Assembly (NCBI GenBank): GCA_039630235.1
Contig: JBCNVI010000005.1
Location: forward strand, 37,690-101,689
Direction: 5' to 3'
Source of the DNA: Candidatus Hydrothermales bacterium
GTDB taxonomy: Bacteria; Hydrothermota; Hydrothermia; Hydrothermales; JAJRUZ01
Length of the DNA: 64,000 nucleotides
The notes below the pieces were generated by a model, which saw nothing but the letters and a program-made list of their open reading frames with translations, was not told the origin of the DNA and ran no database searches. Below, one piece after another: positions 1 to 9,479 of the stretch (its first letter is position 1; every line of letters starts with the position of its first letter). The position numbers and the translations under genes were made by a program.

Positions 1-249
1 AGCTCTTGGATTTGGTATAAAAGTAGCTATATTCTTTATAGGTGGCTTTCTTTCCTGAATAAACCTTTGTAAAACCTCAATAACTACATCTCTCTCAATA
101 ATCTCCCCTTCTGCTATAGCTTCCTCAGGCAAATCCGTTTTCCATATCTCCTTAACTTTAACATTACCTTTAGATCCTTCTAAAAGTGATATTTTAATAC
201 TTGAAGATCCTATATCAATACCTAAGAGCCCTCTTTTTTTACCTATCAT
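1..249 (-). CDS. pilM: Partial type IV pilus assembly PilM/FtsA-like ATPase fold protein. Only the N-terminus lies inside the window; the rest is beyond the window start.
   Basis: Own translation of the reverse strand gives MIGKKRGLLGIDIGSSSIKISLLEGSKGNVKVKEIWKTDLPEEAIAEGEIIERDVVIEV. The LGIDIGSSSIK actin-fold phosphate-1 motif is typical of PilM. The ATG is at 247-249 and the ORF runs off the window edge. Confidence 0.45.
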   Translation of the reverse strand, partial: MIGKKRGLLGIDIGSSSIKISLLEGSKGNVKVKEIWKTDLPEEAIAEGEIIERDVVIEVLQRFIQERKPPIKNIATFIPNPRA

Positions 250-342
250 CCGTAGCACTTTCTCTTGTAAGGGTTGAACTTTTATTCACAATTTTCATTA
301 TAATATAAAATGCTCAAAATGTCAATAAAAGGGTGAATTAAA

Positions 343-1293
343 ATGGTAGAACTAATTTTTGTTATTATTCTTATATGGGTTTTTCTTTATTTACTTTATA
401 GATTTGCTTTCAAAACTGTATTAACTGAAAAGTCCGGTGAAATTTTACCAGTTAGAAAGATTGAAATAACACCAATTATTATCTTAATTATCTTGTCTTT
501 TTTTATTACTATTTACGTAGTATTAAGTTTCAGACAAGTCCCCCTCGGTTACGTTCTTATTACCTTTAACATACTCACAAAGGAATACGGACTAAAAACA
601 GAGGGTTTACAGTTTGTACCAAGGATAATATATAAAACACACCTTTACAATATAAGAAGACAAGAGTATACAATGACTGCAAGAAAGGGAGAGAGTGAAA
701 AAAAGGACATCGATGACTCTCTATGGTCTCCAACAAAAGAGGGCCTTCAAATAGGTCTTGATCTTACCTGTTGGTTTAGAATACCACCCGAAAATGTGAT
801 AAAAATTCACAAGGAAATAGGCCCAGATTACAACGAAAAAGTTATAAGACCAGCAATAAGATCTGAAGTAAGACACACTATATCCTCTTACTCAGTTATC
901 GAGATATATTCTTCAAGAAGAGAAGAAATACAAAGAGAAATTGAAGAAAAAGTGAGAAAGAGATTGGAAAAGGATGGTTTCCTTATTGAAGCTGTTTTTT
1001 TAAGAGATGTTCATTTTACACCAGACTTTGCTAAGGCCATAGAGGAAAAACAGATAGCCCAGCAGGAGGCTGAAAGAATGGAGTATCTCCTTGAAAAGGA
1101 AAGAAAGGAGGCTGAAAGAAAAAGAATCGAAGCAAAAGGAAAAGCAGATGCTATAAAGATTATAAGTGAAGAACTTAGAAAAAATCCCCTATACATAAAT
1201 TATCTATTTGTTGATAAACTTTCTGATAAAGTCAAAGTGGTAATATCTGATAAGGGAACAATTCTTAATTTACAATCCCTTGATGAAAAGTAA
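343..1293 (+). CDS. SPFH/band-7 (prohibitin/HflK/C-like) membrane protein
   Basis: N-terminal TM helix, then a band-7 core, then a C-terminal Glu/Lys/Arg-rich coiled coil (EEKQIAQQEAERMEYLLEKERKEAERKRIEAKGKADA) typical of SPFH proteins. Confidence 0.75.
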   Translation: MVELIFVIILIWVFLYLLYRFAFKTVLTEKSGEILPVRKIEITPIIILIILSFFITIYVVLSFRQVPLGYVLITFNILTKEYGLKTEGLQFVPRIIYKTHLYNIRRQEYTMTARKGESEKKDIDDSLWSPTKEGLQIGLDLTCWFRIPPENVIKIHKEIGPDYNEKVIRPAIRSEVRHTISSYSVIEIYSSRREEIQREIEEKVRKRLEKDGFLIEAVFLRDVHFTPDFAKAIEEKQIAQQEAERMEYLLEKERKEAERKRIEAKGKADAIKIISEELRKNPLYINYLFVDKLSDKVKVVISDKGTILNLQSLDEK

Positions 1294-1672
1294 AATAGAG
1301 GATCTGCCTGGAACACCACTTAAAGTATTGATCAAAAATAATAGATTTTTAAGTTTCTATTTAGAAAAAAGAGGGGATTACTTTCATATATACTTTCCCT
1401 TTGGATCCTTTATGCTTACAAGAATCAAAAAACAGGAGGAAAAGGAAAGGAAAGAGGAAATAGGTAAGATAATTTCACCCATGTCAGGAAAAATTATCAA
1501 AGTTTTTAAAAAAGAAAAGGAAGAAGTAAAGGAGAACGAACCATTATGTGTAATAGAGGCAATGAAAATGCAAAATGAGATTAAATCTAAAAGAGAAGGA
1601 AAAATCAAAAAAATTTTTGTAGAAGAGGGCAAAATCGTTAAAAAAGGCGACATTTTGTTTGTAATAGAATGA
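1280..1672 (+). CDS. Biotin/lipoyl-attachment domain protein (biotin carboxyl carrier, decarboxylase gamma-subunit-like). The true start is probably downstream of 1280.
   Basis: C-terminal biotinyl domain with the canonical EAMKM motif (CVIEAMKMQNEI), preceded by a KE-rich linker. The 5' end overlaps the upstream gene, so the start is uncertain. Confidence 0.65.
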   Translation: MMKSKIEDLPGTPLKVLIKNNRFLSFYLEKRGDYFHIYFPFGSFMLTRIKKQEEKERKEEIGKIISPMSGKIIKVFKKEKEEVKENEPLCVIEAMKMQNEIKSKREGKIKKIFVEEGKIVKKGDILFVIE

Positions 1673-3207
1673 ATAACAAAATTTTTTATACTAAAGAAGA
1701 TCTTAAGAAATACGAATTTTTAGAGGGCGATTTAAAGCCCGGGAAGTATCCATTTACAAGAGCTATCTATGAGGAAATGTACACAAAAAAGCTCTGGACA
1801 ATGAGACAGTACTCTGGATTTGGGACTCCGGAGGAAACAAACGAAAGGTTTAAAAAAATGATAAAGGAGGGACAAACAGGACTATCTCTTGCCTTTGATT
1901 TACCAACTCAACTTGGTCTTGACCCTGACCATACTCTTTCAAAGGGAGAAGTGGGAAGAGTGGGAGTCTCCGTTTGGAGCGTTGATTCAATGAGAAGAGT
2001 TTTAAAAGACATTGAGATTGATAAGATCTCACTTTCTATGACCATAAACGCTACAGCCGGCATTTTGTTAGCCTTTTACTTGGCAATCGCTGAAGAAAGA
2101 GGTATTCCAAAGGATAAACTCAGAGGAACAATTCAAAACGACATTTTAAAGGAATTTGCTGCAAGAGGAAATTATATCTATCCCGTAAAGGAATCTATGA
2201 GACTTAATATCGATGTTATCGAATTTTCACTGAAAAATCTTCCCAATTTTTATCCTATATCAGTAAGTGGATACCACTTTAGAGAAAAGGGAGCAAGTGC
2301 TGTACAAGAGGTTGCCTTTACTATAGCTGATGCTATTGAGTATGTAAAGGGGACTGTTGAAAGAGGAATTGATCCAGATACCATAGGAAGAAGGATAACC
2401 TTCTTTTTTTCTTCCCACAATAATTTCTTTGAGGAAATTGCAAAATTCAGAGCTGCAAGGAGAGTATGGGCTATTATAATGAAGGAAAAGTTCGGAGCAA
2501 AAGATGAAAAGGCAATGCATATGAGATTCCACACCCAGACAGCTGGCTCTACACTGCAGGCACAGTCCCCTATTTTAAATATAATAAGAGTGACTTCTCA
2601 GGCAATGGCTGCTATTTTAGGAGGAACACAGAGCCTTCATACAAACAGTTTCGACGAGGCACTTTCCTTACCGACAGAAGAGTCTGCCTTAATTGCCTTA
2701 AGAACACAACAAATTCTTGCCTATGAAACAGGCATTGCCGAAGTAACAGACCCACTTGGAGGCTCTTTTTATGTAGAGGCTTTAACAAGAAAAATTGAAG
2801 AAGAAGTTTTTTCTCTTTTGAAAGAAATTGAGGAAAGAGGGGGAGCAGCAGAGTGTGTTGAAAAGGGTCTTTTTCAAAAATGGATTGAGGAAAATGCTTA
2901 CTTAGAACAAAAAAGTATAGAAGAAAAAAAGAAGATAATAGTTGGCTTAAATGCCTTCAGATCTGAAAAAGATCAAAAAGTTAAGATATTTAAGATTAAA
3001 AGTAGGGGGGAAAGAGATGAAATGAGAAGGATAAAAGAGTTTAGGAAAAAGAGAGATAAAAAACTTGTAGAGGAAAAATTAGAGATGTTAAAAGAAAAGG
3101 CACAGAGTAAGGAGAATCTCATGGAGGCTATAATAGATTGTGTTAAGGCAAATTGTACGTTAGGAGAAATTTCTTATGAACTTGAAAAGATCTGGAAAAG
3201 GGTCTAA
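1669..3207 (+). CDS. Methylmalonyl-CoA mutase family, catalytic (substrate-binding TIM barrel) subunit without a B12-binding domain
   Basis: 512 aa. The whole length reads as the MCM N-terminal catalytic domain (FTRAIYEEMYTKKLWTMRQYSGFGTPEETNERFK, GQTGLSLAFDLPTQ). No C-terminal cobalamin-binding (DxHxxG) domain is present. Confidence 0.8.
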   Translation: MNNKIFYTKEDLKKYEFLEGDLKPGKYPFTRAIYEEMYTKKLWTMRQYSGFGTPEETNERFKKMIKEGQTGLSLAFDLPTQLGLDPDHTLSKGEVGRVGVSVWSVDSMRRVLKDIEIDKISLSMTINATAGILLAFYLAIAEERGIPKDKLRGTIQNDILKEFAARGNYIYPVKESMRLNIDVIEFSLKNLPNFYPISVSGYHFREKGASAVQEVAFTIADAIEYVKGTVERGIDPDTIGRRITFFFSSHNNFFEEIAKFRAARRVWAIIMKEKFGAKDEKAMHMRFHTQTAGSTLQAQSPILNIIRVTSQAMAAILGGTQSLHTNSFDEALSLPTEESALIALRTQQILAYETGIAEVTDPLGGSFYVEALTRKIEEEVFSLLKEIEERGGAAECVEKGLFQKWIEENAYLEQKSIEEKKKIIVGLNAFRSEKDQKVKIFKIKSRGERDEMRRIKEFRKKRDKKLVEEKLEMLKEKAQSKENLMEAIIDCVKANCTLGEISYELEKIWKRV

Positions 3208-3231
3208 ATCCCTCTAAAGTTTTTCTTAAAA

Positions 3232-4413
3232 ATGAACCAAAAAAAATTTGAAACAATATGTGTTCATACAAAAAAAATAAATTATGAAATTAGGGATATT
3301 TCAACACCCTTACATTTTTCATCAACTTTTTACTTTGAGTCAGCTGAAGAAGGAGGTGAGCTTTTTCTTGGTACTAAAGAAGGATTTATCTACACAAGGC
3401 TCTCAAACCCTACAATAAAAATTCTTGAGGAAACTCTTGCTGAACTTGAGATGGGTGAGAAAGCTCTTGCCTTCTCTTCTGGTATGGGTGCAATATCAGC
3501 TCTAATATTTTCTGTTTTAAAAAGGGGAGACAAAGTAATATACTCAGATCCAGTTTACGGTGGAACCTATTCCCTTTTTAAAAGATTAGAACAAAAGGAA
3601 CTTTTTACCTTTATAGGTATCCCAGCTAGAGATTTTTTAAAAAATTTAAGAAGGGAGATTGACGATAAAACAAAAATTATATATATAGAAACACCTACAA
3701 ATCCCACTTTGGACATCATTGACATAGAGGAAACATCAAAAATTGCCAAAGAGTATAACATTATTTTAGCTGTTGACAATACCTTTGCAACACCCTACCA
3801 TCAAAAACCCTTAAAACTTGGAGCTAATGTCGTAATACACTCTCTCACAAAGTATCTTGGAGGACATACTGATTTAATCGGTGGAGCTCTTGTTGGAGAA
3901 AAGAAGATTATAGATGAAATCGAAAAGGAAGAAAGAGCCCATATCGGAAGTTGTATTTCTCCATTTAATGCATGGCTTGCTTTAAGAGGAATAAAAACCC
4001 TTGCAGTTAGAATGAAAGCACATTCTGATAATGCTCTTTTACTAGCAAAGTTTTTAAGAGAACACCCTAAAGTGGAAAAGGTACTCTATCCTGGGCTTGA
4101 AGACTTTGAAATGCACGAGATAGCTAAAAAACAGATGACTAACGGTTTCTCTGGAATGCTCTCTTTTATTCATAAGAACGGAAAAGAAGGGGCAATAAAG
4201 TTTATCAATTCACTTGAACTTTGTGTAAAAGCAGTAAGTCTTGGAGCAGTTGAAACCTTAATAGAACACCCTGCTTCAATGACACACTCTTCAATGAATG
4301 AGGAGGAACTTTTAAAAGCTGGTATCCATCCAGGTCTTGTTCGAATTTCAGTAGGCATAGAGCATATTGAGGATATAATTAGAGATATAGATAAGGCTTT
4401 AAAAAATTCTTGA
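3232..4413 (+). CDS. PLP-dependent Cys/Met-metabolism enzyme (methionine gamma-lyase / O-acetylhomoserine sulfhydrylase / cystathionine gamma-synthase family)
   Basis: 393 aa. The PLP-lysine motif HSLTKYLGGH is present, with the fold-type I pattern of the CGS/MGL family. Confidence 0.75.
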   Translation: MNQKKFETICVHTKKINYEIRDISTPLHFSSTFYFESAEEGGELFLGTKEGFIYTRLSNPTIKILEETLAELEMGEKALAFSSGMGAISALIFSVLKRGDKVIYSDPVYGGTYSLFKRLEQKELFTFIGIPARDFLKNLRREIDDKTKIIYIETPTNPTLDIIDIEETSKIAKEYNIILAVDNTFATPYHQKPLKLGANVVIHSLTKYLGGHTDLIGGALVGEKKIIDEIEKEERAHIGSCISPFNAWLALRGIKTLAVRMKAHSDNALLLAKFLREHPKVEKVLYPGLEDFEMHEIAKKQMTNGFSGMLSFIHKNGKEGAIKFINSLELCVKAVSLGAVETLIEHPASMTHSSMNEEELLKAGIHPGLVRISVGIEHIEDIIRDIDKALKNS

Positions 4414-5543
4414 AAGATAGCAAAATCTGTGTAATTGGCTCGGGAATTTCCGGCATAATGACCCTCTTTTTCTTAGATAAATTTGGTTCCCAAAAATTAA
4501 CAATATTTGAAAGAGAGTTACTTGCCTCAGGAACAACTGGTAAAAGTGCTGGAATTGTTGTTACTCATCTTTTTGATGAATTAGATATTGAACTTTCAAA
4601 GAGAACAATAAAAATATTAGAGGAAATAAATGAGAAAAGCAAATATAAATTTTTAAGGAAATATAGCACAGTAACGGGAACTATAAGGGATAAAGAAAAA
4701 GATAAACTTGAGGGTTTGCTGAAGAAAAAATTTATTGAATTTGAAACACTTTCTTTAAAAGAGATTAGAAAAATTTATCCTCTTTTTAAAGAAGAGAAAA
4801 CTTATATAGTTTCTCATGATGGATTTTATGTTGATGTAGGAGAACTTCTTTATTCAATCTATGTTTATTTAAAAAGTAAAAATCATGAGTTTAGATTCTT
4901 TAATGAAGTTGAGGATTTTGAAATAAAAAATAGTAAAGTTAAAAATCTTGTTACAAAAAAGGGAAAATTTTATTTTGATAAATATATAGTTGCGACTGGT
5001 ATATGGTCAAAGGAAATACTAAAAAGACATGATATAAATATAAACGTAAAGCCCTACAGAACCCAAGTAGCAATCTTAGAGTTTAAAAGGGAAATTAATT
5101 TACCAATATATAACGATCTCGATTACGGTATTTATTTAAGAAAAGAGCAGGCAAAAGATATTTTAATTGGAGACGGTACCGAAAGAAAGGAATCTAACAT
5201 TTATAATTTTAAAAGCTATAACGATGAAGAGTTTTTCTTTGATATTTCAGAGAAGTTACCAAAAATTTTAGATGGGGCAGAGGAATTTCTTTTAAAGGGG
5301 GGATGGGCTTTTCTATGCCTAGCAACACCAGATAGAAGGCCAATTGTTTCTAAGGTCGAGGACATTGAGAATTTGTTCTTATTTTGCGGATTTAATGGAT
5401 TAGGTATTATGAGAGCTCCAGCTCTCTCAGAAATCCTCGCTGAGTGTGTTACTGATGACTTACCGTTGCCAAAAGAATTTAATTTAGATAGATTCAAAGG
5501 CCTTAAGGATTTTGAAATTAAAGAGGGATTTTATCCAGATTGA
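4410..5543 (+). CDS. FAD-dependent oxidoreductase (DAO/glycine-oxidase-like)
   Basis: N-terminal Rossmann dinucleotide motif VIGSGISGIM; about 377 aa, typical of the DAO family; ATGA-type overlap with the upstream gene. Confidence 0.6.
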   Translation: MKDSKICVIGSGISGIMTLFFLDKFGSQKLTIFERELLASGTTGKSAGIVVTHLFDELDIELSKRTIKILEEINEKSKYKFLRKYSTVTGTIRDKEKDKLEGLLKKKFIEFETLSLKEIRKIYPLFKEEKTYIVSHDGFYVDVGELLYSIYVYLKSKNHEFRFFNEVEDFEIKNSKVKNLVTKKGKFYFDKYIVATGIWSKEILKRHDININVKPYRTQVAILEFKREINLPIYNDLDYGIYLRKEQAKDILIGDGTERKESNIYNFKSYNDEEFFFDISEKLPKILDGAEEFLLKGGWAFLCLATPDRRPIVSKVEDIENLFLFCGFNGLGIMRAPALSEILAECVTDDLPLPKEFNLDRFKGLKDFEIKEGFYPD

Positions 5544-6622
5544 AAAGAGTGCTTTTTGCGACTCATTCTCCCTACTTTATTGGTGGTGAAAAAAGTATGT
5601 GGGACTTAATTTTAGGACTGAGGGAACATTTTGAAATAGCACTTCTTGCTCCAGATGGAGAGCTTGCTGAGAAAGCAAGAAAGGAAAAGCTTAAAGTTTT
5701 CATTTTACCTCTACAAAACTCAACAATATGGAAAACAAAAAGAAAAATAGTTTTATCTATATTTAAAAGTCAGTTACCTAAAATTTTAAAAAAATTAAGG
5801 AAAATTGTAATAAAGTTTGATCCACACCTTATATACACGCATTCTATGAAGATGCATTTACTTTTTTCACTATTTTTTTTAAGAAATAGAAAGAAGCTTG
5901 TATGGCACTTTAGAGAAATACCTTCTGGCATTTCAAAGTATATTTTTAAATTTTTTTCAATTTTTCCTGATAGAATAATTGCTGTTTCAAACGCCGTTAA
6001 AAAATTTTTCCCCTTTAAAAATAAAGTAACGGTGATATATAATGGAATAGAGGTTCCGGAAAAGTTAGAGGAAGGTAAGATTAAGAAGAAAAGATTTACA
6101 GTATTAACGGTTGGAAATATCCAGTACTTAAAATCTCAAGATATTGTTCTTGAATGTGCTAAAAAATTAAAAGATTTTGATTTTTGGGTTGTGGGCGATG
6201 CAATCCATCCGGGTGAGATTAATTTCAAAAAAAGGCTTATAAAAAAAATAAAAGATGAAAATATAAAAAATGTTACTTTATGGGGAAAAAGAGAGGATGT
6301 TTTTTCCTTTTATAGCGAGTGTGATATTTTTCTTCATATACCCAGAGCAAGAGAGGGATTTGGAAGAGTTGTTGTAGAAGCTATGGCTATGAAAAAACCT
6401 GTAATAATAAGTAACATAGAAGCTCTACCAGAAATATTAGGAGAGGCAGGATTAGTTACAAATTTAAATATCAAGGATATTTGTGATAAAATACTTTTAT
6501 ATTACAATAACAGAGACCTAATGAAAGAAATGAGTGAAAGGGGTTACCAAAGGTACAAGAGATTATTTACAGTTAACAGAATGGTTGAAGAGACATTAAA
6601 ATGCCTGATAGAGATCATATAA
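5540..6622 (+). CDS. Glycosyltransferase family 4 (GT-B, retaining)
   Basis: C-terminal EX7E-type motif (REGFGRVVVEAMAMKKPVIISN) and GT4 architecture. Confidence 0.75.
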   Translation: MKRVLFATHSPYFIGGEKSMWDLILGLREHFEIALLAPDGELAEKARKEKLKVFILPLQNSTIWKTKRKIVLSIFKSQLPKILKKLRKIVIKFDPHLIYTHSMKMHLLFSLFFLRNRKKLVWHFREIPSGISKYIFKFFSIFPDRIIAVSNAVKKFFPFKNKVTVIYNGIEVPEKLEEGKIKKKRFTVLTVGNIQYLKSQDIVLECAKKLKDFDFWVVGDAIHPGEINFKKRLIKKIKDENIKNVTLWGKREDVFSFYSECDIFLHIPRAREGFGRVVVEAMAMKKPVIISNIEALPEILGEAGLVTNLNIKDICDKILLYYNNRDLMKEMSERGYQRYKRLFTVNRMVEETLKCLIEII

Positions 6623-8025
6623 AAGTTTTATTTAACCCTCTTTTAGTTTTCATTTTAACAATTTCTTTTATCTATTTTTCCGGTAAAAGTATATCTGAGG
6701 GCAACATAAGAATTCCTTTTTCAATTTTTCTATTTTTATTTTCAGCAGCAATAGCAACCTCAATAAGATTTGGAGTTTTTTATCTTTTCTTTTATATTGT
6801 TTTTATGGCCTTTTTAAAAAGAGTACTATTTGCAGTCCAAGGTTTTACCTTCTTTGAACCTGCATATCTTGTTACAGATGTTGTTACTATTGTTATGTTT
6901 CTTGTCGTTATAAATAGATATAGAGAAAAAATTTTAGCTGCCTATAAAAAAAGCTTTGCCTTTAAAGTTTTACTTTTTCTCCAAATAATTTTCTTTGTTC
7001 AGATATTTAATCCCTTACAAGGGAGCTTAATGATTGGTTTAACAGGGTCAAAGTTTCTTTTGATTCCCTCTCTTTTGGCTTATGTTGCTTTTGGAGTAGA
7101 TAGGAGAGCTTTAAAAATCCTTTTTACTACTCTAACATGGCTTGCCTTAGTTTCTTCTCTTTATGCTATCTATCAGTTTCATAAGGGTTTTTTTGATTTT
7201 GAGATTCTTTGGGCAAAAAAATCTGGTATGCATTCACTTTTTCTTGGTGACAGAATAAGACCCTTTTCTTTCTTTCCAAGTCCAAATGAGTTTTCTCTTT
7301 TTATAGCAACAGTTGCGTTGATAGAGATTGCAATGAGTAGTTTATCTCCCGGTATTTTATTTACTCTAATAAGGCTTTTCATATACGCCTTAGCCAGTTT
7401 CTACGTTAATGTTAGGGCTGGTCCCTTTATATTTCTTTTTCTCTTTCCTCTTCTAATTATTTTTAAGATTTCAAGGAGAGCACTGCCCACTTTATTTTTA
7501 TACTATTTTGTTTTATTAATCCTCATAAACTTCATTTCAGGAACATCACTTCGAGATTTAAATTTGAAGATAGTAGGTGTAAATCCTGTGTATGTGGAGC
7601 ATTTTCTTCAAGGAATTATAGATCCTGCAGCTAGGGGGTCATCTTTTATTCATCGTTTAAAGTTATGGAGAAATGCCTTTATAAATGTGCTAAAAAATCC
7701 ATTCGGACATGGAATCGGAGTTTCAACTTTAGCGGCAAGAAGATTCGGGGGATATGCCTTACATGTAGAAAGTACATTTGTTTCAATGCTTTATTCATGT
7801 GGAATTTTTGGATTTTTAAGTCTCATGTTTTTAGTTTTTTATGTGAGTATTAAAGGATTTTTAAAGTTAGTAACTTATAGACACGATAAAATTATGCTCG
7901 CTCTTTGGATAGGTTTTGTTTCAATATTTATGGGACAGTGGTTAGTTACATACTTTCAAGGTGCCTTTTTCTGGCTTTCAATGGGCGTTTTATTAAGATG
8001 GATAGATTTAAAAGAAGAAATTTAG
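6601..8025 (+). CDS. O-antigen ligase/polymerase-like (Wzy_C family) polytopic membrane protein, paralog 1
   Basis: More than 10 predicted TM helices. Conserved periplasmic-loop motifs are shared with the downstream paralog (QIFNPLQGSL..GSKFLLIPSL, RPFSFFPSPNEF, RLKLWRNAF..NPFGHGIGV). Confidence 0.6.
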   Translation: MPDRDHIKVLFNPLLVFILTISFIYFSGKSISEGNIRIPFSIFLFLFSAAIATSIRFGVFYLFFYIVFMAFLKRVLFAVQGFTFFEPAYLVTDVVTIVMFLVVINRYREKILAAYKKSFAFKVLLFLQIIFFVQIFNPLQGSLMIGLTGSKFLLIPSLLAYVAFGVDRRALKILFTTLTWLALVSSLYAIYQFHKGFFDFEILWAKKSGMHSLFLGDRIRPFSFFPSPNEFSLFIATVALIEIAMSSLSPGILFTLIRLFIYALASFYVNVRAGPFIFLFLFPLLIIFKISRRALPTLFLYYFVLLILINFISGTSLRDLNLKIVGVNPVYVEHFLQGIIDPAARGSSFIHRLKLWRNAFINVLKNPFGHGIGVSTLAARRFGGYALHVESTFVSMLYSCGIFGFLSLMFLVFYVSIKGFLKLVTYRHDKIMLALWIGFVSIFMGQWLVTYFQGAFFWLSMGVLLRWIDLKEEI

Positions 8026-9479
8026 AAAGTTTTAGTTTACTTTTAATCATTATAACAACCGTTGTTTCTCTTATAGAAATTAGTCTTTTAATTAACCTAA
8101 ACATAAGAATTTTTCTCTTTATTTTTTTCACCTTCATAGGAATCGCATTAATAATTTTAAATTTTTCTATAGGCTTTTTTTATATTCTTACTTATATTTT
8201 TTTAATGCCCTTTTTGAGAAGATTCATTTTGATTTATGAAAAATACGAGCCGATCGAACTTTTGTATCTTGTACCAGATATTCTTACTTTATTCCTGTTT
8301 ACCTATCTTTTTATTTTAAAAATCCAAGAGTTTAAAAAATTACTTTCCTATACTGAATTTAAAATTCTATTTTTTTTACAAGTTCTAATGTTTATACAAA
8401 TCTTTAATCCTATACAGGGTTCTTTATACGCCGGTTTTGGGGGAACAAAATTTTTACTTATTCCTTCTCTTTTTTCTTATTTTGCCTATATGATCGAAAA
8501 CAGTAATTTTAGAAGGATAAGGAATTTTATTATATTTGCAGGTCTTGCTTCACTAGTTTATTCTTACTTTCAATTAAAGTCAAAATTCTTTTTTTTCGAG
8601 AGAAATTGGATTTTAATAGTTAGTAGCGAATATAAACAGGTTCTTGAAATGTTAAGCGGAAATATAAGGCCCTTTTCTTTTTTCTCAAGTATTTCAGAGT
8701 TTGGTCAGTTTATGGGTATTTCTGCTATTGTGAGTCTTTTCTTCATAAAAAATAAATTAAAATATCTACTTACCTTTCTTTTTATAACGGGAATTATCAT
8801 ATCGGGGGTAAGATCTTCAATTTATGCTTTCCTAATTTGTTCCCTATTTCTTATATTTTTTAAAAGAAGCAATAACTTAAAAGATTTCATAAAATTTTCT
8901 ATTATCTCCATAGTTTGCTTTACCATTATTGTATCTGCCATAGATATTCCTTCAACTTATGGCACAAAAACCTATGTAGGAAGATTTTTACAAGGAGTCT
9001 TTGATCCATTAAGGGAGGGTTCTTCAGTTTATCCAAGATTAGAGACCTGGAAGAAAGTAATAATACATGTCTTTACTAAGAATCCCTTTGGAGCCGGTCT
9101 TGGAGTCGCAACGAGAGCCTCTGTGAGACTAGGAGGAATACCTGCAATGCATGACTCAACTTTCTTTGGTATGTTCTCAGCATGTGGAATAGTGGGAGGT
9201 TTTTTACTTATTTATCTTGTCTTATCTATTATTTTTAAAAGTATAAACTCAACAGCTGATATAAAGGAGACTGTGAAATTTCCTTTAATTTTAATACTTT
9301 TTATAAGTATAGGACAACTTTTAACTCAGTACCTGATAGGTGCCCTATTTTGGGGTTCTATTGGAATGTGGATCAGGGGTTTTTATTTTTATAAACACGG
9401 AAAATATAAAGATAATCATTATGAAACAAAAGATAATTCCTGGGGAAAACCTTTAAAAGGGAATCAGCATAAACTTTAA
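7905..9479 (+). CDS. O-antigen ligase/polymerase-like (Wzy_C family) membrane protein, paralog 2. The real start is probably the ATG at 7998.
   Basis: Same motif set as paralog 1 (QIFNPIQGSL..GTKFLLIPSL, RPFSFFSSISEF, RLETWKKVI..NPFGAGLGV). The annotated ORF overlaps paralog 1 by 121 nt; an internal ATG at 7998 reduces the overlap to 28 nt. Confidence 0.55.
   Translation: MDRFCFNIYGTVVSYILSRCLFLAFNGRFIKMDRFKRRNLESFSLLLIIITTVVSLIEISLLINLNIRIFLFIFFTFIGIALIILNFSIGFFYILTYIFLMPFLRRFILIYEKYEPIELLYLVPDILTLFLFTYLFILKIQEFKKLLSYTEFKILFFLQVLMFIQIFNPIQGSLYAGFGGTKFLLIPSLFSYFAYMIENSNFRRIRNFIIFAGLASLVYSYFQLKSKFFFFERNWILIVSSEYKQVLEMLSGNIRPFSFFSSISEFGQFMGISAIVSLFFIKNKLKYLLTFLFITGIIISGVRSSIYAFLICSLFLIFFKRSNNLKDFIKFSIISIVCFTIIVSAIDIPSTYGTKTYVGRFLQGVFDPLREGSSVYPRLETWKKVIIHVFTKNPFGAGLGVATRASVRLGGIPAMHDSTFFGMFSACGIVGGFLLIYLVLSIIFKSINSTADIKETVKFPLILILFISIGQLLTQYLIGALFWGSIGMWIRGFYFYKHGKYKDNHYETKDNSWGKPLKGNQHKL

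Noticed and set aside
1011-1196. Short antisense ORFs nested inside long genes, listed in the ORF track. Examples are 1011-1196, 1384-1653, 2250-2534, 11224-11433, 24946-25158, 33442-33678, 37746-38003, 55302-55631 and 61525-61749.
   Set aside because: They lie wholly within, and antisense to, well-supported long genes. They have low-complexity, Ser/Leu/Phe-rich translations typical of the reverse frame of AT-rich, Lys/Glu-rich genes, and show no SD or motif support.
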